A stretch of 42,078 nucleotides of DNA from Parcubacteria group bacterium (GTDB taxonomy: Bacteria; Patescibacteriota; Minisyncoccia; Phycocordibacterales; Phycocordibacteraceae), in contig JAQBRL010000022.1 of assembly GCA_028286525.1 (NCBI GenBank), positions 1 through 42,078 on the forward strand. The letters are read 5' to 3'. Below the pieces are notes generated by a model that saw only the letters and a list, made by a program, of their open reading frames with translations, had not been told where the DNA came from and ran no database searches. The translations under genes and the position numbers were made by a program. Positions 1 to 9,501 of this stretch are shown here, piece after piece. Within the stretch, counting starts at the first letter, position 1. Each line of letters opens with the position of its first letter.

Positions 1-627
1 GGTGGCATGCACGCCGGCGTATCGGTGGGTCCTGACGGCGCGACGCACCAGATGCTCGAGGATATCGGCCTCATGCGCATGCTGCCGAACATGGTGGTGC
101 TCAATCCAGCCGACGCGGAAGAGGGCAGGAAAGCGGTGGTAGCAGCAAGCCTTACGCAGGATCCTACCTATATTAGGTTCGGCAGGAGCGCGACCCCGGT
201 GTTCACGACCCCGGAGACCCCGTTTCAGATAGGGAAAGCCCTTATGCTCTGGGAATCCGAGAAGCCGAAAGTGACGCTCATCGCCACGGGCGCGCTCGCG
301 TATAACGCACTGGTGGCTGCGCGTGCGCTCGAGAGCGATGGTATCGGCTCTATAGTGCTCAATCTGCACACCATAAAGCCGCTCGATAGCGAGGCGATAC
401 TGGCGGCTGCGAAAAAGACAGGCCGCGTGGTGACCATCGAAGAGCATCAGGCTGCTGGCGGCATGGGAAGCGCGGTCGCCGAGATGCTTTCGGAGCGGTA
501 TCCAGTACCCGTGACCAGGCTTGGCGTGCAGGACGTATTCGGGCAGTCCGGCGACCCAGACGAGCTCGTCGAGCACTACGGGCTCGCAGCACCCCATATC
601 ACAGAAACCGTACGAAACCTCATATGA
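1..627 (+). CDS. Transketolase C-terminal subunit (5' partial)
   Basis: HAGxSVGPDGATHQxLEDI, YIRFGR, IKPLD and IEEH motifs of the transketolase pyrimidine-binding/C-terminal domains; frame is open from position 1. Confidence 0.9.
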   Translation, partial: GGMHAGVSVGPDGATHQMLEDIGLMRMLPNMVVLNPADAEEGRKAVVAASLTQDPTYIRFGRSATPVFTTPETPFQIGKALMLWESEKPKVTLIATGALAYNALVAARALESDGIGSIVLNLHTIKPLDSEAILAAAKKTGRVVTIEEHQAAGGMGSAVAEMLSERYPVPVTRLGVQDVFGQSGDPDELVEHYGLAAPHITETVRNLI

Positions 628-794
628 GAGAGACCCTGCAGTTCCGAAACCTGACCATCAATTCATACATGAGCATACTCATCGTGACCCTCGTAGGAGG
701 AGCCGCGACGCTGTATATCGTGCACGTGGCGAACAACGTGCCGCTTTCGCTCTTTACGACCGCCGAGGCCTACACGATCGATTCGAGTTTGTAG
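624..794 (+). CDS. Small single-TM protein, 56 aa (MRETLQFRNLTINSYMSILIVTLVGGAATLYIVHVANN...)
   Basis: ATGA start/stop overlap with the transketolase gene; one ~20-aa hydrophobic segment; below the ORF-track cutoff, translated manually. Confidence 0.55.
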   Translation: MRETLQFRNLTINSYMSILIVTLVGGAATLYIVHVANNVPLSLFTTAEAYTIDSSL

Positions 795-1768
795 TCGGGA
801 GGCGCATCAGCGAGCAGCTTCTCCAGCGTGTCGCGGGACAACAGGCCGCGCTGCGCGCCTATCTGCTGTACGACCGACATGGAATTGATCGGTCCCCACA
901 GCACCGCCTCTTCGAGTGTCTTTCCGAGCACGAGCGCTGCGGTGATGGTAGAGGCGAACGCGTCGCCGGCGCCCGTGCGTTCGAACGCGGGACGGGTGTC
1001 CGGATACATAGGAACCGAGAACATCTGCGTTCCATCGAATCCATACGCGCCGTGGCGATCGTTGGTGATGAGCACCCGCTTCGTGCCGAGGCCATGCATG
1101 CGGGTAAGCAGCGAAGGGAACGTCTCTTCCGTCTTGAGCTCAAGGATGCGCGCGGCCTCTTCTTTATTCACCACCACGAGATCGGCGCGGGCGTAGATAG
1201 CGGCGAGTGCATCCTTGCCTAGCTGCATCTGGAAGGTGCCAGGCTGGAAGGTGAAGAAGATGTCGGGATGCGCAGCGAGATACGCAGCCATGTCGGCATA
1301 ATAAACGCTCCCGGCTTCGCCCATGGAAGAAAGATAGATAGCGCGCGGGGGCTCGAGATCTTTCGGGAAGGTATAGTCGTATGGCTCCGGCTTCACCAGA
1401 ATGGTGCGCTCGCTCTCGTACCACAGCACATAGTGGTGATTGGTAGCCTTCTCCTTCTCGTGCGTGATATAGCGCGTATCGAGGCTCTCATGCGCAAAGG
1501 CTTCAAGTATCATCTCTCCATCGTGGTCTTCGCCAATAGTGGCCATGAGCGCGGAAGAGAGGCCCAATCTCGAAGCGGAGACCGCCGCATTCGCGGAATT
1601 GCCGACGCCCGCGAGAAGCGTCGCGGACTCGAAGGGGATCTTATCGCCCCAGCGCATCGAGATGGTGCATTGGTCCGTATCGATATCGCAATGCACCGTC
1701 GCGTCCTTCAACTTTATGAACTCATCGACGACCGTATCGCCGATAGCGAGAAAATCTATTTGTGACAT
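770..1768 (-). CDS. PfkB-family carbohydrate kinase
   Basis: GNSANAAVSASRLG, NKEEA and RTGAGDAF PfkB signatures. Confidence 0.92.
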   Translation of the reverse strand: MSQIDFLAIGDTVVDEFIKLKDATVHCDIDTDQCTISMRWGDKIPFESATLLAGVGNSANAAVSASRLGLSSALMATIGEDHDGEMILEAFAHESLDTRYITHEKEKATNHHYVLWYESERTILVKPEPYDYTFPKDLEPPRAIYLSSMGEAGSVYYADMAAYLAAHPDIFFTFQPGTFQMQLGKDALAAIYARADLVVVNKEEAARILELKTEETFPSLLTRMHGLGTKRVLITNDRHGAYGFDGTQMFSVPMYPDTRPAFERTGAGDAFASTITAALVLGKTLEEAVLWGPINSMSVVQQIGAQRGLLSRDTLEKLLADAPPDYKLESIV

Positions 1769-1808
1769 ATCCGCAAGTCTAGCACGGCCTGCATGCTACA
1801 CTTTTTCC

Positions 1809-2807
1809 ATGACCGATCTTCTCGCTATCGCAAAAACATTAGTAGCTCCCGGCAAGGGCATCCTCGCCGCCGACGAAAGCACGGTGACCGCCAATAAGCG
1901 GCTCGCCTTGTATGGGGTCGAAGGCACGGAAGAGAACCGTCGGGTCGGGCGCGACCTATTCTTGAACGCTCCTGGCATCGAGGAATATCTCTCGGGCGTC
2001 ATCCTCTACAGCGAAACGCTCGCACAAAAGGGAAACGATGGGGTTCTCTTCACCAAATCGCTTGCGGCACGCGGTATCATCCCTGGCATCAAGGTGGACG
2101 AGGGCACGGAGCCCTTCCCGGAAAGTCCGGACGAGCTCATCACCAGGGGCGTCCTCGGGCTGTGCGAGCGGCTCTCCGGTTTCCATGAGACGTACCATAC
2201 GGGCTTCACCAAGTGGCGCGCAGTCGTGCGCATCGAGGGCGATAGGCTTCCCACCGCCCAAGCGCTCGTGGAGAACGCGAAGCGTCTCGCCACCTACGCA
2301 CGCGACGTGCAGGAAGTAGCGATGGTACCCATCATCGAGCCGGAGATGCTCTACGAAGGGAACCATAGCCGTGTCCGCGCCAAGCAGGTGCTCGAAGCGA
2401 CGCTCAAGAGCGTCTTCGACGCGCTCGCGGATCATTCCGTCGATCTCTCGGGCGTTATACTCAAGACCGCTATGGTGCTCTCGGGACACGAGAGCGGCCG
2501 CATGGACACGCCGGAAGAAGTGGCGAACGATACCATCGAGGTGCTCATGGCGAATGTTCCTGCGAGCGTACCGGGCATCGTCTTCCTTTCGGGCGGCCAG
2601 AGCCCCGACCAAGCGACGGAGAATCTCCGCGCCATCGCGAAGGCCGCCAAGGAAAAAGGCGCTCCCTGGCCGCTGACTTTCTCGTACGCGCGAGCGCTCC
2701 AGGAAGAGGCGCTCGAAGCGTGGGCAGGCAAGGAAGAGAATATTCCTGCGGCACGTGCAGCGTTCCTTGCGCGCCTGAAGAAGGTTTCCGAGGCGCTTAC
2801 GGCGTAA
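1809..2807 (+). CDS. fba: Fructose-bisphosphate aldolase class I
   Basis: GKGILAADES, GIKVD, KWRAV, PIIEPE, Schiff-base Lys in ILKTAMV, FLSGGQS, FSYARALQ; start set at ATG 1809 just after TGcTACACT. Confidence 0.93.
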   Translation: MTDLLAIAKTLVAPGKGILAADESTVTANKRLALYGVEGTEENRRVGRDLFLNAPGIEEYLSGVILYSETLAQKGNDGVLFTKSLAARGIIPGIKVDEGTEPFPESPDELITRGVLGLCERLSGFHETYHTGFTKWRAVVRIEGDRLPTAQALVENAKRLATYARDVQEVAMVPIIEPEMLYEGNHSRVRAKQVLEATLKSVFDALADHSVDLSGVILKTAMVLSGHESGRMDTPEEVANDTIEVLMANVPASVPGIVFLSGGQSPDQATENLRAIAKAAKEKGAPWPLTFSYARALQEEALEAWAGKEENIPAARAAFLARLKKVSEALTA

Positions 2808-2823
2808 GTCCAATCGTCGAGGT

Positions 2824-2934
2824 CGCTGAAAAAGTTCATAGACAAGGCACGGGCACGGGATGAGCGGAGGCGTATTCTCATACGGTGCAGCGAGAACCGG
2901 GGACCCGTAACGCAGGATATGGACTTTTTCAGTG
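2824..2934 (+). repeat. Structured intergenic repeat, family 1, copy A
   Basis: Terminal IR cgctgaaaaagttcata/tatggactttttcagtg; core AAGGCACGG..GAGCGGAGGCGTAT-loop-ATACG..CCGTAACGCAG shared with copies at 11724, 15883 and 40062. Confidence 0.8.
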
Positions 2935-2973
2935 GGCTCGGGCATACTCGCCAAGTAACTCATACCTTTATAT

Positions 2974-3621
2974 ATGTTGACCCTCAACGCTACGACCCGT
3001 GACAAGACCGGCAAGCACGCCGGCGCCGCTCTTTTGAAAGAGGGGCTTATGCCTGCGGTCGTCTACGGCCCGAAGCAGGAAGCGCTCTCCATCTCGCTTC
3101 CCGTTCTCCCGTTCAAGAAGATACTGCGCGATGGCGGCGAGGCCTCCGTCATCACCCTTACCGGACTCGGCAAGGATATGCAGGTTCTTATCCATGATGT
3201 TGATCACGACCCGGTGACGAGCGTACCGCGCCACGCGGACCTCTACGCCATCGAGAAGGGCGCTAAGGTGGAAGTCGCCGTACCTCTCGCGTTCATCGGA
3301 GAATCGCCAGCCGTGAAGGCAGGCGCGAACCTCGTGAAGGTCATGCATGAACTCGAGATCGAGGCCGATCCCGCGAACCTTCCGCACGAGATAGAAGTCG
3401 ATATTTCCAAGCTCGCTAGCGAAGGCGACCAGATACACGTGAGCGACATCAAGCTTCCGCACGGCGTTACCCTCAAGGTGGAAGGTGAGGAAGTCGTTGC
3501 GCTCATCCAGGCAGTCGCAATCGAAGTCGAGGAAGAGACGGCTGCACCGGATATGGATGCGATCGAAGTTGAAGGCAAAGGCAAGGCAGAGGAAGCTGGA
3601 GAAACCGAGGAAGCCGCATAA
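2974..3621 (+). CDS. rplY: 50S ribosomal protein L25/Ctc (long form)
   Basis: MPAVVYG, VLIHDVDHDPV, HADLY, PANLPHEIEVDIS, IHVSDI and an acidic tail. Confidence 0.95.
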   Translation: MLTLNATTRDKTGKHAGAALLKEGLMPAVVYGPKQEALSISLPVLPFKKILRDGGEASVITLTGLGKDMQVLIHDVDHDPVTSVPRHADLYAIEKGAKVEVAVPLAFIGESPAVKAGANLVKVMHELEIEADPANLPHEIEVDISKLASEGDQIHVSDIKLPHGVTLKVEGEEVVALIQAVAIEVEEETAAPDMDAIEVEGKGKAEEAGETEEAA

Positions 3622-3639
3622 CGGCACCATCTGCTTCAT

Positions 3640-3677
3640 GAAGAGACGCCCGTTCCGCAAGGAACGGGCGTCTCTTC
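3640..3677. terminator. 17-bp perfect hairpin after rplY
   Basis: gaagagacgcccgttcc-GCAA-ggaacgggcgtctcttc; no clear U tract. Confidence 0.6.
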
Positions 3678-3700
3678 CGTCTGATATACTGATGCACGAT

Positions 3701-5059
3701 ATGCGTTCTCGGTTTCCTTTCGGCGCCTTATTCGTAGGCCTCCTTTTTATTACGCTTCTAGCGGCTGCGATAGTGCCGCATGCGATCCAAGCGCAAACGT
3801 CGGATGCCGATAGGCGTGCGCAGCTCCAGTCGCAGCTCGATTCGCTCGAAAAAGAGATCGCAGCGAATCAGGCCATCGTGAATACCTTGGCCGCGCAGGG
3901 AAAATCCCTCTCCACGGAAGTCGCCACCCTCAATGCCCAGATAAAGAAAGCGCAACTGCAAGTGCAGGCGACCCAGGTCGCCATCAAGCAGCTCGACTCC
4001 AACATCACCATCCATCAGAAAACGATAACGACGCTATCCGACAAGATAAGCAACGAGAAAAGCTCGCTCGCCCAGATACTGCGAAAGACCGACGAGCTGG
4101 ATCATCTTTCCATCGTGGAAGTAGCGTTCTCGACCGAGAATCTCAGCACGCTCTTGGGCGACCTTGATTCTTACACCTTCGTGAAGCAGGCGCTCGGCAC
4201 CTCCTATACCGCCATCACCGGCACCAAGCTCCAGACGGAAGCGGAGAAGACCGCGCTCGAAGCCCAGCTGAACCAGCAGCAGCAGGTCGCGCAGCTGCAG
4301 CTGGCGGCGAAGCAGAAAGTAGTCGACCAGCAGACCGCCAAGCAGCAGCTCCTGACCCAGACCAAGGGGCAGGAAAGCCAGTACCAGCAGATAGTCGCCG
4401 CGAAGCAGAAAACGGCGGCGCAGATACGGCTGGAGCTCTTCGGGCTCGCGGGTGGCGGGGGCAAGATCCCGCTCCCGACCGCTATCGCGTACGCGAAGAC
4501 GGCGTCCGGCCTCACGGGCGTCCGCGCTGCGTTCATCCTCGGCATCCTCTCGCAGGAGTCCGACCTGGGTTCGAATGTCGGTCAGTGCCTCGTGACGAAC
4601 CTGACTACCGGCGATGGTAAAGGAAAGAATACGGGCACGCCGTTTTCAGGCGTAATGAAAGCGCCCCGCGATACAGTACCGTTCCAGACGCTCATGGCCG
4701 CGCTTGGCCGCGACTGGCAGACGACTGCGGTCTCTTGCCCGCAGGCGGGTGGGTACGGCGGCGCCATGGGTCCGACGCAATTCCTTCCTTCCACGTGGGC
4801 ATCGAGCATCGACTCGCAGTTGAAGCGAGCGCTCGGTATCAGCGCCACCGACCCATGGAACCCGCTCCACGCCATCGTGGCGACCGGTATCTATATCGCG
4901 GCCGTCGGAGGCGCAGGCGGGAATGCCAGCGCCGAGCACACCGCAGCGGCGAAGTATTATGCGGGCGGCGCCTGGGCAAGCGCAGGGCAGGTGTATGCCA
5001 ATAGCGTGATGGATAAGGCAAGTCAGTTCCAGTCGGACATCGACACTCTGGGTGGCTAA
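3701..5059 (+). CDS. Secreted coiled-coil plus lytic transglycosylase (CwlO/PcsB-like N-terminus, SLT_2-like C-terminus)
   Basis: Signal peptide, long Q/E/K heptad coiled coil, catalytic ILSQESDLG and GAMGPTQFLPSTW motifs; alternative start at 3692. Confidence 0.85.
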   Translation: MRSRFPFGALFVGLLFITLLAAAIVPHAIQAQTSDADRRAQLQSQLDSLEKEIAANQAIVNTLAAQGKSLSTEVATLNAQIKKAQLQVQATQVAIKQLDSNITIHQKTITTLSDKISNEKSSLAQILRKTDELDHLSIVEVAFSTENLSTLLGDLDSYTFVKQALGTSYTAITGTKLQTEAEKTALEAQLNQQQQVAQLQLAAKQKVVDQQTAKQQLLTQTKGQESQYQQIVAAKQKTAAQIRLELFGLAGGGGKIPLPTAIAYAKTASGLTGVRAAFILGILSQESDLGSNVGQCLVTNLTTGDGKGKNTGTPFSGVMKAPRDTVPFQTLMAALGRDWQTTAVSCPQAGGYGGAMGPTQFLPSTWASSIDSQLKRALGISATDPWNPLHAIVATGIYIAAVGGAGGNASAEHTAAAKYYAGGAWASAGQVYANSVMDKASQFQSDIDTLGG

Positions 5060-5081
5060 TGGGTCGCCCAATCGGCGCGGT

Positions 5082-5110
5082 TTGCCCAAAAGTGAGCATT
5101 TTGCTATAGT
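5082..5110 (+). promoter_or_regulatory. Sigma70-type promoter of rpmE2
   Basis: TTGCCC-17 nt-TATAGT with extended TG, 9 nt before the ATG. Confidence 0.6.
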
Positions 5111-5119
5111 CCCTAAGCA

Positions 5120-5371
5120 ATGAAAAAGGACATCCATCCAGCCGATTACCGGACCGTACTCTTCGAGGATATCTCCTCGGGGGAGCAGTTCCTTATCGGC
5201 TCCACTATTCGCACGACCGAGAAAGGCACCGTGAAGGGTGTCGAATACGACAAGATGGTCGTGGAGATCTCGAGCGCATCCCACCCGTTCTATACGGGCG
5301 AGGATCGTACTCTCGATAAGACGGGTCGGGTGGAACGCTTCAAGCAGCGCGCCGCTAAGGCGAAGAAGTAG
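5120..5371 (+). CDS. rpmE2: 50S ribosomal protein L31 type B (Zn-independent)
   Basis: MKKDIHP, EISSASHPFYTG, GRVERF; no Cys. Confidence 0.95.
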   Translation: MKKDIHPADYRTVLFEDISSGEQFLIGSTIRTTEKGTVKGVEYDKMVVEISSASHPFYTGEDRTLDKTGRVERFKQRAAKAKK

Positions 5372-5379
5372 AGAGCTCC

Positions 5380-5481
5380 ACGACTCCTACGGTTTTTTGG
5401 CACAGAATATTTTCCCGCTGGAAAATTTCTTCCTGCTCGGCTCGTCAGCCTGCGCAGAGTCCAAAAAACCGTAGGAGTCGT
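5380..5481. repeat. 102-bp element with 21-bp perfect terminal inverted repeats (MITE/REP-like)
   Basis: acgactcctacggttttttgg at 5380-5400 and its exact reverse complement at 5461-5481; internal hairpin followed by CTGCTCGGCTC. Confidence 0.75.
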
Positions 5482-5520
5482 TTCGCGTGAAGGGGGAGAA
5501 AAGAGGATACAATACTGACT

Positions 5521-6474
5521 ATGGAATACTCGCCAGACCTGAAGAACAACCACGCGACCCGCTATCTGGCGGAGGAATACGAGCGTCTCGAAGAAGAGCG
5601 CGTCTCCTCCCGTGAAGCGGCCGGAGACGACGCCGTGCTGCTCGAGATGGCGGAAGAGGACGATGTACGCATCAGCGCACGCCAACAGGAACTCCTCGCG
5701 GATATCGAGCGCGTTCTCAATCGCGAGAAAGAAGAGGAGAGCAAGCCGAAAGCACTTGTGCTGGAATTCCGGGCGGGCGCGGGAGGCGACGAGGCATCCC
5801 TATTCGCGAGCGAGCTGCGGGACATGTACATGAAATACGCCGAAGGAAAGCGCTGGCGCCTGCGGCGCATCGACGATATGACCATCGAGATAGATAGTCC
5901 CGCAGCGTATGATGCGCTGCGCTACGAAACGGGCGTCCATCGCGTACAGCGCGTCCCGACGACGGAGAAGTCCGGACGTATCCATACGTCGACCGCATCC
6001 GTCGCAGCGCTTCCGATACGGGTAAAGCCCAAGGTTGAAATAAATCCCGGCGATATAGAAATGGAATTTACGAGAAGCGGGGGAGCAGGCGGGCAGAACG
6101 TGAACAAGGTGGAGACCGCGGTGCGTCTCGTGCATACCCCGACCGGCATCGACGTGCGCTCCTCGAGCGAGCGCAGCCAGCTCGCCAACCGCCTCAAGGC
6201 GATGGAGATACTCGCCGCGAAGCTCGAAGCCCTCGCTATTGAGGAAGAAGCCAAGACCCATGCCGATTTGCGCAGCGGCCAGATAGGCACCGCCGACCGT
6301 TCCGAGAAGATACGCACGTACAATTTCCTACAGGACCGCGTCACGGACCATCGCCTTAAGGAATCCTGGCACAATCTCCCGAAGATACTGCTCGGGAATA
6401 TCGACCCTATCGTCGAAGCGCTCCAGATGGCCGCTGCAGGCGGGGGAGTCGGTGCTGCCGAAGACGACGAATAA
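5521..6474 (+). CDS. prfA: Peptide chain release factor 1
   Basis: [21 protein letters not shown] (PxT motif of RF1), [19 protein letters not shown]. Confidence 0.93.
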   Translation: MEYSPDLKNNHATRYLAEEYERLEEERVSSREAAGDDAVLLEMAEEDDVRISARQQELLADIERVLNREKEEESKPKALVLEFRAGAGGDEASLFASELRDMYMKYAEGKRWRLRRIDDMTIEIDSPAAYDALRYETGVHRVQRVPTTEKSGRIHTSTASVAALPIRVKPKVEINPGDIEMEFTRSGGAGGQNVNKVETAVRLVHTPTGIDVRSSSERSQLANRLKAMEILAAKLEALAIEEEAKTHADLRSGQIGTADRSEKIRTYNFLQDRVTDHRLKESWHNLPKILLGNIDPIVEALQMAAAGGGVGAAEDDE

Positions 6475-6544
6475 CGGCTTTTCCAGAGAAACTCATTGTT
6501 AACAAATCCCCCTGGTGTCGAGCGTGTGGGGTACTATGTACCTA

Positions 6545-7558
6545 ATGGACCCCATACAGCCCGCACCGCCCGACCAGAGCGTAGTCAGTCTGCCTTCGTA
6601 TCAGCTTCCCGGAACTCCTAAAGCACGCCCGCACCGGACCGGTCTCATCATCGTGACCGTGATAGTTGTGCTACTTCTCCTTGCTACGGGACTCTATTTT
6701 TTCACACCGTATGGAAAGGAATTGCAGGCGCGGCTTATGCCAGCTTCGATTCCTCCCGAGCTCCAGAGCGCATCGTTCCTTTCTGATGTCGGTCCTGCTA
6801 ATACCATGATGTACCGCTTCCCGAAAACGGGGAAGACACGTGAAGATGCTGGAGCAGTCGTCATATCGGCGACGCAGAGCACCAAGGGTTCCGCGCGCAT
6901 CACACGCGCCGCTGACGGCACATTCACCGTGAGTCTCGATGGTAAAGCAGTTCAGCAGGACAAGACGCCACGCGTTGGCATCGATCGTGCACCGGATGGC
7001 GCTAGTATTGTCTTTGCTGTTGCCAGCAGTACCAGCCAGACGTTCACATCTCCTGCGGACGTACCAACCCTACCGCTCATTCGAAAGAATTGGAGCATAG
7101 TGATGTATGTACCCTCTACACACACCACCATCAGGCTTGGTACGGGCGCATCGCCCTTCTTTATCGATCAGACGCATGTCGCCTGGCTAGCGCCCGTCGG
7201 GCTCGCCGTCATTGACCTGACCACAAAAAAGTCGACCGTCCTCGTCCCGGATATGAATGGACGGATCTCGTCGGAGACGCTGGTCTCTCCCGATCATTCC
7301 ATCGTCGCGTGGTATGCAGGCGTAGATGCGAAAACGCTCGTTCCGTACAAGGTGACCGCCACGAGTGCGTACGCCCTTGCCACGACGACGCTGACGACGT
7401 CGCACTCCATCATCCTCGGAAATGACTCATTCTATGAAATCGGCGCCTCAAGCGGAGCCACCCAGATACTGAAGCAGCCGTTCGGAGCCAGTGCATCAGT
7501 AGTGGGCTCTATTCCTCTCGCGCTGAAAATATCGCGTATCCTGTTCGGCAGTCTCTAA
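6545..7558 (+). CDS. Membrane-anchored beta-rich protein (TolB/propeller-like), paralog 1
   Basis: Pro-rich N-terminus, one TM helix, APDG/SPD turn motifs; paralog of 9502..10500. Confidence 0.7.
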   Translation: MDPIQPAPPDQSVVSLPSYQLPGTPKARPHRTGLIIVTVIVVLLLLATGLYFFTPYGKELQARLMPASIPPELQSASFLSDVGPANTMMYRFPKTGKTREDAGAVVISATQSTKGSARITRAADGTFTVSLDGKAVQQDKTPRVGIDRAPDGASIVFAVASSTSQTFTSPADVPTLPLIRKNWSIVMYVPSTHTTIRLGTGASPFFIDQTHVAWLAPVGLAVIDLTTKKSTVLVPDMNGRISSETLVSPDHSIVAWYAGVDAKTLVPYKVTATSAYALATTTLTTSHSIILGNDSFYEIGASSGATQILKQPFGASASVVGSIPLALKISRILFGSL

Positions 7559-7568
7559 TCCTATACTT

Positions 7569-9440
7569 ATGCCTCGTATCTCCCATCGATTGATCACAAA
7601 CGGAATATTTCTTGTCGCCGCACTTGCTCTTGCTGGCGCGGCTCTGTATTCAGCGCACATACACATCGCACGTGCCGATGCCGCCCATTCCGATTGGGTG
7701 CAGGTCTGGCCTGCGCCGGGGACTCCGGACGGGTCTGAGAACCTGATCGATATGGGGTGGTCATGCAGTAACACGAGCAACTGTAATTGGGGAGCATGTA
7801 ACACGTCCAACCCGGGTTTTTCAGGTGGTGCCACCCAGTGCGATGCCTTGACGTGTTCTGGCCAAGGCCAAGGGGGAGCGTTCTACGCATATCAGCATTC
7901 ATTTCAATGTAACTACACGCCAGCGACAGCCGCTACCTGCACGCCCGACGCTACCTGCGGGGGAACACGCGCGAACACGTGTACGACCGATACATGCCCG
8001 GCATTAAATGCTGACTGTACGTATACTGCGGTGCAGGGACAGAAGGACTGCACCCCTCCTTCAGCATCTCTCGACGCGAGCCCTTCGAGCATTACTCCAG
8101 GAGGTTCAAGCACTCTTAGCTTTAGCTGCAGCCCCGCATCTCCCGCCAACATAACTCCGGGCGTATATAGCAACGGGTCGCCCGTGGGCTCGGGAAGCGT
8201 AGGGGTGTCGCCAGGCGTGACCACCACCTATACCCTTAATTGCTTTGAGTTTAACTCCGTCGTCTCATCATCGGCTACGGTTACGGTCACCGCTCCGATG
8301 TGTACTCCTGACGATGGCTCTGCCTGCGCTGCTAACAAGTGCACTAACGATTCGAGCTGTATAGGGAGGAATGCGGACTGCAGCACGTATCCAGTCTGGG
8401 GTACCAAAACCACGGGAATCTGTGCAGCCCCCGCTGACCTCACCGCAGGTCAACTCTCTCCGACGACCGCTACCGCAGGAACCGCACAGACCTTCACGCT
8501 TCCGGTTACCAATACGGGAGGCACCTCCGCAGCGCCCTTCACTTCGCTTTTGCAGAAGGCTACGCAGTCTAATGGCTCGGATGCTGTGGACATCAAAACC
8601 GCATCCACCGGCTCGCTCACTTTTGAGCACGTCCGAAACTTCCTCATTGCTATCGCTCACGCGGCCGCCGGCGGTCCTATCGGTCCGGGGGCGCCAGGTT
8701 CCGCAACCTTTACCTATACGTTTCCGCTCGCGGACGGTGGAAAGACCCTCTACCTACGCGGCTGCGCTGACAAGAGCTCGGCAGGAGACGCGAACGGAAC
8801 CGTTCCGGAAAGCAGGGAGGACAATAACTGCGGATCTCCCTGGACGGGAATCACCGTGAATCCTGCACCTGTTCCTGCCGTCTCATGCAATGTGAGCAAG
8901 ACAAATCCCTTGGTAAACGAAACCGTCACTTACACCGCCACTCCCACGAACGGTGCTTCCGGTCCCTATGCGTGGACCGCATCCGATGGCGGCTCATTCG
9001 GCTCCGCGGCGACCGCCAATCGCAGCTTCGCTGCTCCGGGTACCTACGCCATGCAGGTGAATGCAACGGGTGCAGGCTCTCCTGGCTTCTGTCCGAACAT
9101 CACCGTGACCGGCAGCGGCACCGGCTCGGGCGGCAGCTGCCAGAACACGGTTCCCGTCTCGGTCACGGCAACGCCGAGCCGTATCCAGAGCGGAGTAGCT
9201 ACCGATGTCACCTTCAACATCCCAAATACGTTCGATGTTCCGGGCAACTGTACGCTCTCGGGTCCTGGTATCGCGCCGCATACGTTCACGCAAGCGCCTC
9301 CAGCTTCATGTACCGTTCCTGCGGGCGGCTTCACCGCGAGCGGCCTTAATATCACTGCCCAGTCCACCTATACGCTGACCTGCGGTGCCCAGAAAGCTAC
9401 GGTCATCGTGAATATCGTGCCGAAATTCCAGGAGTTCTAG
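7569..9440 (+). CDS. Secreted Cys-rich protein with CARDB-, PKD- and Ig-like domains
   Basis: Signal peptide, Cys modules, CARDB-like ADLT..V.N.G..CAD..VPESREDNNC, PKD-like F.APGTY; ends VIVNIVPKFQEF. Confidence 0.8.
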   Translation: MPRISHRLITNGIFLVAALALAGAALYSAHIHIARADAAHSDWVQVWPAPGTPDGSENLIDMGWSCSNTSNCNWGACNTSNPGFSGGATQCDALTCSGQGQGGAFYAYQHSFQCNYTPATAATCTPDATCGGTRANTCTTDTCPALNADCTYTAVQGQKDCTPPSASLDASPSSITPGGSSTLSFSCSPASPANITPGVYSNGSPVGSGSVGVSPGVTTTYTLNCFEFNSVVSSSATVTVTAPMCTPDDGSACAANKCTNDSSCIGRNADCSTYPVWGTKTTGICAAPADLTAGQLSPTTATAGTAQTFTLPVTNTGGTSAAPFTSLLQKATQSNGSDAVDIKTASTGSLTFEHVRNFLIAIAHAAAGGPIGPGAPGSATFTYTFPLADGGKTLYLRGCADKSSAGDANGTVPESREDNNCGSPWTGITVNPAPVPAVSCNVSKTNPLVNETVTYTATPTNGASGPYAWTASDGGSFGSAATANRSFAAPGTYAMQVNATGAGSPGFCPNITVTGSGTGSGGSCQNTVPVSVTATPSRIQSGVATDVTFNIPNTFDVPGNCTLSGPGIAPHTFTQAPPASCTVPAGGFTASGLNITAQSTYTLTCGAQKATVIVNIVPKFQEF

Positions 9441-9501
9441 TCATGTGCACATTCTCCCCATATCCTGACTGGCGGCGCATTGCGTGCTCTATACTAGTAG
9501 C

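Noticed and set aside
1539-1808. Long N-terminal extensions in the ORF track (fba, 3485, 10343, 15978, 16568, 19220, 19476, 30062, 35707)
   Set aside because: They overlap neighbouring genes or repeats; homology, signal peptides and -10 boxes point to the downstream ATGs
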